36,488 nucleotides of DNA. It comes from Verrucomicrobiia bacterium. Lineage in GTDB: Bacteria > Verrucomicrobiota > Verrucomicrobiia > JABWAM01. The notes under the pieces are model-generated. The model was not told where the DNA came from and searched no databases. It saw only the letters and a program-made list of their open reading frames with translations. Position numbers and translations under genes: made by a program. Shown here one piece after another: positions 1 to 8,619 of the stretch (positions are counted from its first letter, which is position 1; every line of letters starts with the position of its first letter). Where the stretch lies: assembly GCA_013360985.1 (NCBI GenBank), contig JABWAM010000002.1:1-36488 (forward strand), read 5' to 3'.

Positions 1-356
1 CCGGCGCCGAGGCGCTCGCCGCCGAGGCGCGACGGCGTTGGCCGGGACGGGAGATCACCCTCGTTTTCGGCGCGCTCGCGGACAAACGCGTCGCGGAGAT
101 GGGAAAAATTCTCAGCGCCGTCGCTGCGGAAACATTTCTCGCGCCGACGCCGAGCGAACGCGCCGCCTCGCCGGAGCAACTCCGCGCCGCGGTGCCCTCC
201 GGACGAACGATGCCGTCGCTTCGCGAGGCTCTCCTCGAAGCCGACCGCCGGGGGCGGCCGATCCTCGTCGCGGGATCGCTTTTTCTCGCCGGCGACGCCC
301 TGTCGCTCCTCGGCGGCGAAGATCCTCCGGAACATCCGAACGAACTGTTGCGCTGA
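1..356 (+). CDS. folC: Folylpolyglutamate synthase/dihydrofolate synthase, C-terminal fragment (5' end lies outside the window)
   Basis: Frame 3 is open from the window edge. The translation ...GREITLVFGALADKRVAEMGKIL...GRPILVAGSLFLAGDAL resembles the Mur-ligase C-terminal domain of FolC (VFG-x-L-x-DK and GSL-F/Y-L-x-G motifs, recognised from memory). Stop codon at 354-356. Confidence 0.7.
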   Translation, partial: GAEALAAEARRRWPGREITLVFGALADKRVAEMGKILSAVAAETFLAPTPSERAASPEQLRAAVPSGRTMPSLREALLEADRRGRPILVAGSLFLAGDALSLLGGEDPPEHPNELLR

Positions 357-536
357 AAACGTGTCCGTCCCGCTTCTCGCCAAAATCTCGCGCATCCTCC
401 GAAGCCTTTCGTCTCGCGCGGAACGACGCCGCGCAACTTTTTGACGGCATCGGTTTTGAACTGCGACAACGCTTCGATGTCCGATCGCTCGAGCGCGGGA
501 GGGCCCGGATCGATCGGGAATTCGACGCAGGCTGAA

Positions 537-1610
537 ATGAAAAGGCCGTATCTGATCTTCGCCTCTGTTGTCGCGATCCTGTTCGCCGGTTTCTGGTTAC
601 ACGACTGGTGGATCCATCGAGGCTTGATCACTTTCGACGCCAAAGACGCGCCGGCCTTCCAGGTTCTCAAAAGGATGGAGCGCCAATCGGGGTTTGCCAT
701 CCTCGCGTCCACCAATCTGAATGCGAAGGTCACCGTTCACTTTCGCAAGACGCCGATCGAGCAGGCGCTGGATGTGGTCGCGGACCAGACCGAGGGGCGC
801 TGGCAGAAGGTGTTCCTTGTGGGCAGGGACAAAGCGGCGCTGCAAAAACTGTGCGCCGAAGTGGCCGCGCGCGGAACGCCCTTCCTGATGACGTCTTGGA
901 ACCGGATGGGAAATGCCCCCGAAGCTCTGGATCCTGAAAAGCTCCGGAAAGGCCCGGTGACGCCGCTCGCCGGCGCGCACCCGCTGCACGACGCGGCGCT
1001 CGCGATCGCGCTCCGATCCGCCACCCCGATCGTGACGCAGGCGGATTGGAATCCTTTTATCAAGGCGTTGGCGCCCTCGTTTCCGAACGTCGAAAAGGCC
1101 GTGAAAGATCTCGCCGGCGCCGCATCCGCGCGATGGGAGCAGGCGTATCAGTTTCGCGTGGGAGGACGCGGTCTCGGAGGAGGCGGCGGTTTTGCCGCGC
1201 GCGGCGAAAGCGGCGGTGGTGGAGGCGACGGAGAAGGCCGCGGTTTCCGCGGTCTCTCAAGCAATGGAGACGGAAGAACGAACCAACCGTTTTCGGCGCA
1301 GATGGCGCTCCTCACCGACGCACAGCGCGCCGCGATGGAAAAGACGCGAGCGGAGATGCAGCAGCGCATGGCCGAGTTTCGGGCGATGACTCCCGCCGAA
1401 CGGGCGCAACGCATCGCCGAGATGATCGACGGCGGAGGAAGCCCCGCCCAGCAGCAGCGCGCCCAAGCCCGCGCCCTTCGACGCATCATGAACACCACAC
1501 CGGAGCAGCAGGTCCGGATGAACCAACGCTTCGAAAAGCGTCTCGAACGCCTCCAGCAGCGCATGCAGCACGGTTCGGCGCCTCCCCCGGGACCCCAGGG
1601 AGGGAGATGA
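537..1610 (+). CDS. Membrane-anchored envelope protein with an STN/secretin-N-like domain, a Gly-rich linker and a C-terminal LTXXQ-type helical region
   Basis: The ATG at 537 (MKRPYLIFASVVAILFAGFWL) gives an N-terminal TM helix; the track ORF starts at a TTG at 441, which would add a non-hydrophobic extension. ITFDAKDAPAFQVLKRMERQSGFAILAS...KVTVHFRKTPIEQALDVVA resembles the secretin/TonB short N-terminal (STN) fold signature. A run of Gly residues is followed by LLTDAQRAAMEK...TPAERAQR...TPEQQVRM, which resembles CpxP/Spy LTXXQ repeats. Codon third positions look coding. Confidence 0.65.
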   Translation: MKRPYLIFASVVAILFAGFWLHDWWIHRGLITFDAKDAPAFQVLKRMERQSGFAILASTNLNAKVTVHFRKTPIEQALDVVADQTEGRWQKVFLVGRDKAALQKLCAEVAARGTPFLMTSWNRMGNAPEALDPEKLRKGPVTPLAGAHPLHDAALAIALRSATPIVTQADWNPFIKALAPSFPNVEKAVKDLAGAASARWEQAYQFRVGGRGLGGGGGFAARGESGGGGGDGEGRGFRGLSSNGDGRTNQPFSAQMALLTDAQRAAMEKTRAEMQQRMAEFRAMTPAERAQRIAEMIDGGGSPAQQQRAQARALRRIMNTTPEQQVRMNQRFEKRLERLQQRMQHGSAPPPGPQGGR

Positions 1611-2332
1611 AGGCCGAACCCTTCGTCGGCGTTGGCGCGGGGATTTCCCCGGGAAACGCCGGCTGTCGCGGCGGATCGGACGCTCGCGCCGTGGGCCGAA
1701 CCAACGCTCCGTCCGTTTTCCCTGGGGCGCGACGGGGAAGGCCGTCGCCGTTCGAACGCCCCTTGTTTTCGCTCCAACCACGGGGCTTCACCCTGATCGA
1801 ACTCCTGACGGTCATCGCGATTCTCGGAATGCTGGCCGGCATGCTGTTCCCCGCCCTGCGACAAGCGCGCGAACGCGGCAAGTCGGTTCAGTGCGTCAGC
1901 AATCTCCGCCAACTGGGCCAAGCGGTGCATCTCTATGCGAACGATCACGGCCAGCGGCTGCCGGTCGTGGAGCCGCTCCCCGCCAATCCCGTGCATCCCG
2001 AGGCGCCACTTCCTCGCCTCTGCGATGCGCTCGCTTCCTACGCGCAGGGCGGCCGGGACGTTTTTCATTGTCCGTGCGACCGCCCTCCCACCGACAGCCC
2101 GACCCAACCGCATGTGCCTCGGTGGCAGGAAACGGGAGCGGGCACGACCAACGGAACCAGCTACAGTTGGCAATATCCCTATCAGGGCGACTTGGTGGAT
2201 GCGCCAACGTTCTTCATCAAGGCGAAGCCTATGGAAAAAGCGATTCTCATGTGGGACTACGACCGGGTGCATCTCTTTCAACGAGATCCCAAGAACGTTC
2301 TTTATGTGGACGGCCACGTGCAAAGCAACTGA
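1607..2332 (+). CDS. Prepilin-type N-terminal cleavage/methylation domain protein (type II pseudopilin-like, H-X9-DG tail)
   Basis: Contains RGFTLIELLTVIAILGMLAGMLFPAL, the class III signal peptide/methylation motif. The C-terminus HLFQRDPKNVLYVDGHV fits the H-X9-DG motif typical of the expanded PVC pseudopilin family. The ATG at 1607 overlaps the upstream stop (ATGA). An alternative TTG at 1763 would give the canonical short leader MFSLQPRG|FTLIEL. The part of the track ORF upstream of 1607 is Arg-rich junk. Confidence 0.8.
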   Translation: MKAEPFVGVGAGISPGNAGCRGGSDARAVGRTNAPSVFPGARRGRPSPFERPLFSLQPRGFTLIELLTVIAILGMLAGMLFPALRQARERGKSVQCVSNLRQLGQAVHLYANDHGQRLPVVEPLPANPVHPEAPLPRLCDALASYAQGGRDVFHCPCDRPPTDSPTQPHVPRWQETGAGTTNGTSYSWQYPYQGDLVDAPTFFIKAKPMEKAILMWDYDRVHLFQRDPKNVLYVDGHVQSN

Positions 2333-2408
2333 GACCCTCCTTTCGATCGCCGCGTTTGGCGCTACTCGGGTTTGACCTTCGCCGCGCCCTCTGGGAATTT
2401 CCGAGCTT

Positions 2409-4805
2409 GTGAGCGCCCGCGGCCGATTCCCTTTTTTCCGCGCCCTCCGCCAACTCGTGGCCCTTGCGGTTCTTGCGGCCGTCGCCGCGGCGGCATGGCT
2501 GCATTTTCACGGGCTCCCCGGGCCTTGGCGCGACGCCGTCGTTCGCGAACTGGACCGCCAAGGCGTCGCCTTGACCTTCGCCTCCTTGCGATGGGATCTC
2601 TTTCGCGGCCTCGTCGCCCGTCAGGTCGCGTATGTCCCTCCGGGAAATCGCGCGTGGCGCGTGCGCATGGAGACCCTCGCACTGAATGTGAATCTGCCGG
2701 CGCTCGTCGTCGGGCGCCTCGCGCTCAACGAGATCGCCGTCGAAGCGGAAAGCGTGGCGCTCGATCCGGGGGACGGATCGCCGCCGCTTGCGATTCGTCG
2801 AGCGGAAGCCGAGGTGAAACTCGCCGGCGCGGGTCGCGTGGAGCTTCGCCACGCGCAGATCGAACTCCCGGGGCTCCAGGCGGATTTTGACGGCCGCCTC
2901 CTCTTGGTCGGCGCGGCGGCAGTCCCTCCCGAAAGCGGCCCGCGGCCCGCGGCGGAAGGCTGGCGCGCCGCGCGCCTCTGGATGGATCGTTTCGCGGCAT
3001 TTCGTCATCCACTCCGGGTCCGGCTGCGGGGATCGCTCGACGCGACGGATTTCGCGGCGGCCTCGATCGAGGGATCCCTCGATGCGCGTCCATTCGCATG
3101 GGACGTGTGGCGCGCGGGGCGCGTTCACGGAAAGATCGTTCTCCGCGACGGGCTTGCGACGCTTCAATGGTTTTCCGTCGAAACCAACGGCGGCCGCGCC
3201 ACGCTTTGGGCGGAGTGGCCGCTCCGCGACGGGCCGGCGCGCTTCGAGTTTTCCGCGGATCTTCTCCCCGGCGAGTTCGTGGATCGCGCCGAAGCGGCGG
3301 CCTTGGGCCGCGACGAATATCCGAGGATCGACGGGCGCGTCGAAGCGCGGCTCCGCGGCGCCCTGGATCCGCAGGCCGAAAGCGTCTGGCGCAGCCTGGA
3401 GGCGCACGGCGAACTCGCCGCGCGCGAGGTCTCGTGGCGGAACGAATCCTGGCAAGCGGTTCATCTCGATCTCCGCCTGAGCAACGGCGTGATCGAAGCC
3501 CCGCGCCTCTTCATCGCCCAGGGCGCCGGCCGCCTGATCGGTTCGGCTTCCTACCGCCCCGTTCCGGCCGTCGTGAATTTCGACGTGACGAGCACGCTGG
3601 ATGTCGCGCGGTTCATGCGCCTGCTTTACCCGCGCAAGGGGAACTGGTTCCACGGCGCGCGATTCACGCGTCCGCCGCTCGTGCGCCTCGCGGGAAGCTG
3701 GGCGGTCCGCGACCCGAACGGACTTCGCGCGAAGGGAGATTTTGATTGGCAGGACTGGTTGGCGAACGAGGTCCCCATCCGCTCCGCGAAAGGGCGCGCG
3801 GAGTTCGAAGGGCGCCGTTTCGCGTTCCTCGGGGTGGACCTGCGGCGCGCCGAAGGCGGGGTTGCCGGCGATTTCACGCTCGATTTCGCGAAGCAGACCG
3901 CCGAGGTCGCGCTCACCAGCAGCGTGGAGTTCGCCGCACTCTGCCGCATCCTCGGGCCGAAGACCGAAGAGATTTTTCGCGACTATCGCTTCCTCACTCC
4001 GCCCAAGGTGAAGTGGAAAGGCGTCCTCGCGCTGAATCGAAATCAGGCGTCGGACGATTTCGAGGCCCAAATCCTTCACGCCGGCCGTTTCGCGGTGTGG
4101 AAGCTTGAAGGAACGAACCTCGCGGCGACGGTGCGCTTCCGCGACAAGGGCCTGGAGATCGCCCAATATCGTGGCGGGCTTTACGGAGGAATTCTCGAAG
4201 GCGACGCGGCCTTCGATTTCTCCACCCCGCGGCAGGACTGGGCCTTTCGCCTCCGCCTCGACCGCGTGGACTTCGAGCAACTCACCCGCGCGCTTTGGAA
4301 CTACGAAGGGGTCCAAGGACGGATGAGCGGCGCCGCGCGGATGAGCGGCACCCTGCGTTCCTCCAGCGACCTGCGCGGCTCGGGACGCGTCACTGTCGCG
4401 GAGGGGGTCCTCTGGAGGATTCCCCTTTTCGGAGAGCTATCGAAGTTCATTCCGGTCCTCGGCACGCACACCGCGCGCAAGGCCGAGGCCTTGTTCACCG
4501 TGAGCGACGAACGCGTCCACGTCACCGAAATGGACATCGAAGCCGGACTCCTCTCGCTCACCGCGAAGGGCAATTATAAATTCGACACGTCGCTCGACTT
4601 CATCGTCCAGGGGCATTTTCTCAGGACGCTCGGCATCGGTTATCTCTTCGATCCGTTGACGAAACCCTTCGAGTACCACCTCGGCGGCAAGCTCAACGCG
4701 CGCGTCTGGAAACCTCGGTTTATTCCGAAAGAACTCCTCCTCCAGTTCGGCGACGCGTTCCGCAGCGGCGAAACCAATGCGCCGCCTGCTTCCAACAAGA
4801 ACTGA
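2409..4805 (+). CDS. AsmA/TamB-like large envelope protein (N-terminal anchor, beta-rich body, AsmA_2-like C-terminus)
   Basis: GTG start at 2409. The N-terminal TM segment is LRQLVALAVLAAVAAAAWL, followed by GLPGPWRDAVVRELDRQGVALTFASLRWDL. The C-terminal segment GSGRVTVAEGVLWRIPLFGELSKFIP...FTVSDERVHVTEMDIEAGLLSLTAKGNYKFDTSLDFIV resembles the AsmA-like C-terminal domain. This is a family-level call from memory. Confidence 0.6.
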   Translation: MSARGRFPFFRALRQLVALAVLAAVAAAAWLHFHGLPGPWRDAVVRELDRQGVALTFASLRWDLFRGLVARQVAYVPPGNRAWRVRMETLALNVNLPALVVGRLALNEIAVEAESVALDPGDGSPPLAIRRAEAEVKLAGAGRVELRHAQIELPGLQADFDGRLLLVGAAAVPPESGPRPAAEGWRAARLWMDRFAAFRHPLRVRLRGSLDATDFAAASIEGSLDARPFAWDVWRAGRVHGKIVLRDGLATLQWFSVETNGGRATLWAEWPLRDGPARFEFSADLLPGEFVDRAEAAALGRDEYPRIDGRVEARLRGALDPQAESVWRSLEAHGELAAREVSWRNESWQAVHLDLRLSNGVIEAPRLFIAQGAGRLIGSASYRPVPAVVNFDVTSTLDVARFMRLLYPRKGNWFHGARFTRPPLVRLAGSWAVRDPNGLRAKGDFDWQDWLANEVPIRSAKGRAEFEGRRFAFLGVDLRRAEGGVAGDFTLDFAKQTAEVALTSSVEFAALCRILGPKTEEIFRDYRFLTPPKVKWKGVLALNRNQASDDFEAQILHAGRFAVWKLEGTNLAATVRFRDKGLEIAQYRGGLYGGILEGDAAFDFSTPRQDWAFRLRLDRVDFEQLTRALWNYEGVQGRMSGAARMSGTLRSSSDLRGSGRVTVAEGVLWRIPLFGELSKFIPVLGTHTARKAEALFTVSDERVHVTEMDIEAGLLSLTAKGNYKFDTSLDFIVQGHFLRTLGIGYLFDPLTKPFEYHLGGKLNARVWKPRFIPKELLLQFGDAFRSGETNAPPASNKN

Positions 4806-4847
4806 TCCGACGCGCGCCGCCTTTTGTCCGCAACCTTTGGATTCCCC

Positions 4848-5489
4848 ATGCCGCTCCGCCAACAACTCGCCCACGCTCAGCTCTACGCCATCCTCGACGA
4901 CGCCTATCTCGGCGCGCGCGATCCCGGCGCCGTCGCGCTCCAGATGGTTCAGGGGGGCGTGGATCTCCTTCAGGTGCGCGCCAAGGACGCGTCCGACGCG
5001 CGGATTCTCGAGTTGACGCGCGCCGCGCTCGCCGTCGCCCGACCCGCGGGCGTCCCCGTGATCGTCAACGATCGCCCCGACCTCGCCGCGGCGGCGGACG
5101 CCGACGGCGTTCATGTCGGGCAGGAAGACCTCGCCGTCGCCGAAGCGCGGCGAATCGTCGGCGCAGACCGGATCCTCGGGAAATCCAGCCACTCCTTCGC
5201 CCAGGCGATGGCCGCGCAGGCGGAGGACGTGGATTATTTCGCCGTCGGCCCGATCTTCGCCACGCCGACGAAACCGACCTATGTCCCCGTTGGGCTCGAC
5301 CTCGTGCGGCAGGTGGCGCCCGCGGCGACGAAACCGTTTTTCTGCATCGGCGGGATCAAGCATGACAACGCGGGACGCGTCCTCGCCGCGGGCGCCTCTC
5401 GGATCGTCGTCGTCTCCGGAATTCTTTGCGCGCCCGATCCCGCCGCCGCCTGCCGCGCGTTCAAAGCCCTCCTCACCGCCTGCTGCTGA
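4848..5489 (+). CDS. thiE: Thiamine-phosphate synthase
   Basis: LYAILDD...GGVDLLQVRAKD...VIVNDRPDLAAAADADGVHVGQEDL...GKSSHS...DYFAVGPIFATPTKP...FCIGGI are classic ThiE motifs. The ATG at 4848 is preferred over the earlier non-ATG start at 4824. Confidence 0.9.
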   Translation: MPLRQQLAHAQLYAILDDAYLGARDPGAVALQMVQGGVDLLQVRAKDASDARILELTRAALAVARPAGVPVIVNDRPDLAAAADADGVHVGQEDLAVAEARRIVGADRILGKSSHSFAQAMAAQAEDVDYFAVGPIFATPTKPTYVPVGLDLVRQVAPAATKPFFCIGGIKHDNAGRVLAAGASRIVVVSGILCAPDPAAACRAFKALLTACC

Positions 5490-5527
5490 CGCGAAGAGCG
5501 CCGCGCCGGACGTTCTGACGCCTTCAC

Positions 5528-5552
5528 CGGGGATCCGGCCCCTGGATCCCCG
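5528..5552. terminator. Perfect 9-bp stem hairpin between convergent genes (candidate bidirectional terminator)
   Basis: CGGGGATCC-ggcccct-GGATCCCCG lies in the 72-nt gap between the thiE stop (5489) and the stop of the minus-strand gene (5562). No U-tract is present. Confidence 0.4.
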
Positions 5553-5561
5553 ATGCGTCAC

Positions 5562-5858
5562 TCAGGCCTCCGGCCAGACCGCGGCCACCCGCGCGAGGAG
5601 CTCGGGATTTTCCGACGCGAAATGGGTATGGTCCTCGGGGACGAAACCCAGGTCCTCGAGAATGTGGCGTTCGGCAGCCTTCGCGGCGTCGTCGCCGAAC
5701 ATGCGCGCAATGAGGGCAATCCCCCGGCGATGATGATAGAGCTTGCGGTGTTCGCCCCGGGGGAACTGTTCGGCGTAGCCGTCCAGGAAATCGTGCACTT
5801 CGGCGAAGTCGCGTCCGAACGCCGCCTTGCAGGATTCGCCGTGCCGCTTCCGGTTCAT
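5562..5858 (-). CDS. Small conserved hypothetical protein (98 aa)
   Basis: HGESCKAAFGRDFAEVHDFLDGYAEQFP..HRKLYHHRRGIALIARMFG....AERHILEDLGFVP matches a widespread family of small proteins of unknown function that I recognise (pattern H..S...FG....HxWxDxxx...HRxxxHHxxGI...FG...HIxEDLGxxP). I cannot verify its DUF number. The ATG overlaps the upstream stop (ATGA at 5855-5858). Confidence 0.6.
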   Translation of the reverse strand: MNRKRHGESCKAAFGRDFAEVHDFLDGYAEQFPRGEHRKLYHHRRGIALIARMFGDDAAKAAERHILEDLGFVPEDHTHFASENPELLARVAAVWPEA

Positions 5859-6391
5859 CCCTGGCGCCCGCGCGACTTCTCGTCCTTCACGTAGTCAATG
5901 ATCTTGCGGTCGTCGTCGTGAGCGGCCCAGACGTGTCGAAGAAAGTCCGCAGGATGGAGGTTGTGCTTTTTGAGAAAGCTCCGGTCGCCCCCGCAGCCAA
6001 ACATCGTGTCGGACGACATTTCGCCGCGAAGCTTCGCGCGCGCCTTGGCGATGATCCGCGGCAGCCACGCGATCCCGTCCACGGCCGCCGTTTTCGACGG
6101 AAGCTCGTCGCGGGAGACGATCTTTCCCGACGGCTTGCCTCGTTGCACGACAAGGAAAAAATCCCGACGGACGGAAGCAATGAGGAGGGCGTCTTCGAAG
6201 CTCGGTTCTTGATAGCGATGCAGGTCGTCCACGAAGTCGAAAAGCTCCTGCGCGGTGTGGCCAATCGATTTGAGGAAGTCCAAATCGCCGGTCGAAAGCC
6301 CCGCGCCAGGCGTCTTGTCGCCGTTTTGGTAAGCGGCGGACGCCTTGTCGAAGCACCGGCGAAAATGTTGAGTCCACGGATAATGTTCCAT
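5855..6391 (-). CDS. DUF5069-like domain protein (178 aa)
   Basis: The C-terminal half, VDGIAWLPRIIAKARAKLRGEMSSDTMFGCGGDRSFLKKHNLHPADFLRHV, resembles the DUF5069 signature (G..WLpR.iDKaRa.l.G......y.CG.D..f). The N-terminal half is unassigned. ATG start at 6391. Confidence 0.6.
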   Translation of the reverse strand: MEHYPWTQHFRRCFDKASAAYQNGDKTPGAGLSTGDLDFLKSIGHTAQELFDFVDDLHRYQEPSFEDALLIASVRRDFFLVVQRGKPSGKIVSRDELPSKTAAVDGIAWLPRIIAKARAKLRGEMSSDTMFGCGGDRSFLKKHNLHPADFLRHVWAAHDDDRKIIDYVKDEKSRGRQG

Positions 6392-6593
6392 GCGGCCAAT
6401 ATACGCCGGCGATCGGAACTTTCCAAGGCGGCCCGCCGCGCGGCGGACGCGCCGCGCGCTCTGTCGGCCCCAAAGCTCCGCGGCCCGCGCCTCCGCGGCC
6501 TCCTCCTCACCCCTCCCCTTCGCGTTCCGAACGCCGCCTCACGTTTCAAACCGACCTTGTGGCGCGCCGCCGCAATTGCTATCTCCAACCCGC

Positions 6594-7646
6594 ATGAAAC
6601 GTCTCTATGGAGTCGGAGTGCTCGGTGGCGGCGGCGGCATCGGGCGCAATCACATCGAAAGCTTCCAATCGAGTCCCTACGCCAAAGTCCTGGCGATCGC
6701 GGAAACCAGCGACGCGCGCGGAGAGGACGCCTGCCGCCGCTACCGCGTGCCTGATTGCCACCAGGATTGGCGCGTCCTCCTGCGGCGCAAAGACATTCAG
6801 GTCGTCAGCATCGCCCTGCCCAACTATCTCCATGCCGAAGTCGCCTGCGCCGCGCTCGCCGCCGGCAAGCATGTGCTGCTCGAAAAACCGATGGCAACCT
6901 CCGCGCGCGCCGCGGCCAAGATCGTCGCCGCCGCGAAACGCGCGCGCCGCGTGCTCATGGTCGGCCAGAACATGCGCTTCACCCCCGACGCCCAGCGCCT
7001 TCGAACGATCATCTCGGCGGGACGCCTCGGGAAGATCTCCCACGGACGCGCCTGGTGGTATCGCCGCAGCGGGATTCCCCGCATCGGCTCATGGTTCACT
7101 CAGAAAAAATTTGCCGGCGGCGGCGTCTGCTACGACCTGGGCGTGCACCTCCTCGATCTCGCCCTGCATCTCATGGACGATTTCAGGGTTGTGTCGGTTT
7201 CCGGCGCCGTCAGCGGACACCTCGGCGCAAAGGGCATCGGCGATGGAAGCTGGGGAAAATCGGAGATCGGACCGCGCCGGATCTTCGACGTCGAGGATCG
7301 CGCGGTCGCCCTGATCAAACTTCAGAATCGCGCGACCCTTTATCTCGAGGTGACCTGGGCAACCTTTCAGGAAAACGACGCCACCTACGGCGTCGAACTT
7401 TTCGGGGACAAGGCCGCAGCCTCCTGGCAACCGGCCAAGGTGCATTCGATGGTTCCCGGCCTCGCAAAGACGGAACAGATCAGCGGCGGAGCCCTCCCCT
7501 ACCCCACGGATCGGATCGTGCATTTCATGGAGTGCGTGGCGCGCGGAAAAACGCCCCTGGTCCGCCCGGAAGAATCGCTCCAAGTCCAGCGCGCGCTCGA
7601 CGGCATCTACGCGTCGAGCCGCACGGGCCGCGAAGTCCGATTGTAA
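6594..7646 (+). CDS. Gfo/Idh/MocA family NAD(P)-dependent oxidoreductase
   Basis: The ATG at 6594 gives MKRLYGVGVLGGGGGIGRNHIESF (Rossmann GxGxxG), followed by ...VSIALPNYLHAEVACAALAAGKHVLLEKPMA (the EKP motif of this family). The 68-codon upstream extension in the track ORF is Arg/Ala-rich and was rejected. Confidence 0.85.
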   Translation: MKRLYGVGVLGGGGGIGRNHIESFQSSPYAKVLAIAETSDARGEDACRRYRVPDCHQDWRVLLRRKDIQVVSIALPNYLHAEVACAALAAGKHVLLEKPMATSARAAAKIVAAAKRARRVLMVGQNMRFTPDAQRLRTIISAGRLGKISHGRAWWYRRSGIPRIGSWFTQKKFAGGGVCYDLGVHLLDLALHLMDDFRVVSVSGAVSGHLGAKGIGDGSWGKSEIGPRRIFDVEDRAVALIKLQNRATLYLEVTWATFQENDATYGVELFGDKAAASWQPAKVHSMVPGLAKTEQISGGALPYPTDRIVHFMECVARGKTPLVRPEESLQVQRALDGIYASSRTGREVRL

Positions 7647-7664
7647 CCCGTATGTTTCCCAACT

Positions 7665-7701
7665 CTTCCGCCGCCGCGCGCGGGAGGCCGGCGGACGGAA
7701 G
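7665..7701. terminator. Long GC hairpin between convergent genes (candidate terminator)
   Basis: CTTCCGCCGCCG-(12 nt)-CGGCGGaCGGAAG forms a 12-bp stem with one bulge. It lies in the 72-nt gap between the oxidoreductase stop (7646) and the lgt stop (7719). No U-tract is present. Confidence 0.35.
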
Positions 7702-7718
7702 AGGCGCCCAACCGGCGA

Positions 7719-8552
7719 TCAAGGACGCTCGAGGCTCCGGGAGATGGCGGCTCCGGCGGATTTCGCCATCGCGTCGCGCGCGGCGGTTCGTCGGCGTTTC
7801 GCGGCGAGAAAGGCGCCGCGGGCCGAGCCAATCCATGCGATGAAAAAGAGGAGCGCGCAAGCGGCTTGGGCGGAAGTGAACCGCCCGGCGAGATCGTGCG
7901 GCACGTCGCCGCGAAAAAATTCCACGCTGAAGCGGAGGATCGCGTAGAGCAGCGCGTAGCTCCACGCGATTTGACCGGGATAGCGTTGGAAGCGCTGCAT
8001 GAATATGAGGGCCAGCGTGAGATCGAGCAACCCGAGGGCTTCGTAGAGTTGCGTCGGATGACGCGGGATCCCGGCGACGGCAGGCGGCGCATTCGGCGCG
8101 ATCGCCCACGGCGCGTCGCTGACGCGTCCGTAGCAGCAGCCGTTCATGAAGCAACCGACGCGGCCAAAGACCTGGCCCAGCGCGAGGCACGGCGCGAGCG
8201 CGTCGGCGACAGGCGCCAGCGGGATGCGTTTCACGCGACTCCAAACCCAGAGCGCCGCCATGGCGGCAAAGAAGCCTCCAAGAAAGACGAGACCTCCGTG
8301 CTGGAGCATGAAAATTTCACGCGGATTGTCCACAAACTCCTCACGCCAATAGCGCGCCACATACCACGCGCGCGCGCCAATGAGGCCGGCGCCGAACAGC
8401 AGGAGAAGGAGGTTGGTCGCGAGGTCCGCGCCAAGCCCCGCCCGCTTGGCGCGGCGTCGAAAAAGCGCGAACGCCGCGAGAAAACCGAGCGCGACGCAGA
8501 CCCCGTACCACCGGATCGTGAGCGGGCCCAGCTCGACGAAAATCGGATGCAC
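7719..8552 (-). CDS. lgt: Prolipoprotein diacylglyceryl transferase
   Basis: GPLTIRWYGVCVALGF..., GGLVFLGGF, GRVGCFMNGCCYG, HPTQLYEAL and FFRGD are Lgt hallmarks. GTG start at 8552. Confidence 0.9.
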   Translation of the reverse strand: MHPIFVELGPLTIRWYGVCVALGFLAAFALFRRRAKRAGLGADLATNLLLLLFGAGLIGARAWYVARYWREEFVDNPREIFMLQHGGLVFLGGFFAAMAALWVWSRVKRIPLAPVADALAPCLALGQVFGRVGCFMNGCCYGRVSDAPWAIAPNAPPAVAGIPRHPTQLYEALGLLDLTLALIFMQRFQRYPGQIAWSYALLYAILRFSVEFFRGDVPHDLAGRFTSAQAACALLFFIAWIGSARGAFLAAKRRRTAARDAMAKSAGAAISRSLERP

Positions 8553-8619
8553 CTTCTGAGTTTAGCCTGGATATTTCATACGCCCAAGATGAAATGTGCG
8601 GGCGCATCCTGGAAAATAG

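Noticed and set aside
4806-4847. Possible TPP riboswitch upstream of thiE.
   Set aside because: Only 42 nt separate thiE from the preceding gene, and the conserved CTGAGA/ACCTGA THI-box elements are absent.
6390-6593. N-terminal extensions suggested by the track's first-start rule: 6390 for the oxidoreductase, 441 for the STN protein, 13638 for MarC, 14346 for NagB, 22244 for the porin, 24521 for GyrA, 33072 for GH130 and 35261 for GT4.
   Set aside because: The extensions are Arg/Pro-rich. They precede internal ATGs that give canonical family N-termini (Rossmann motif, signal peptide, TM helix).
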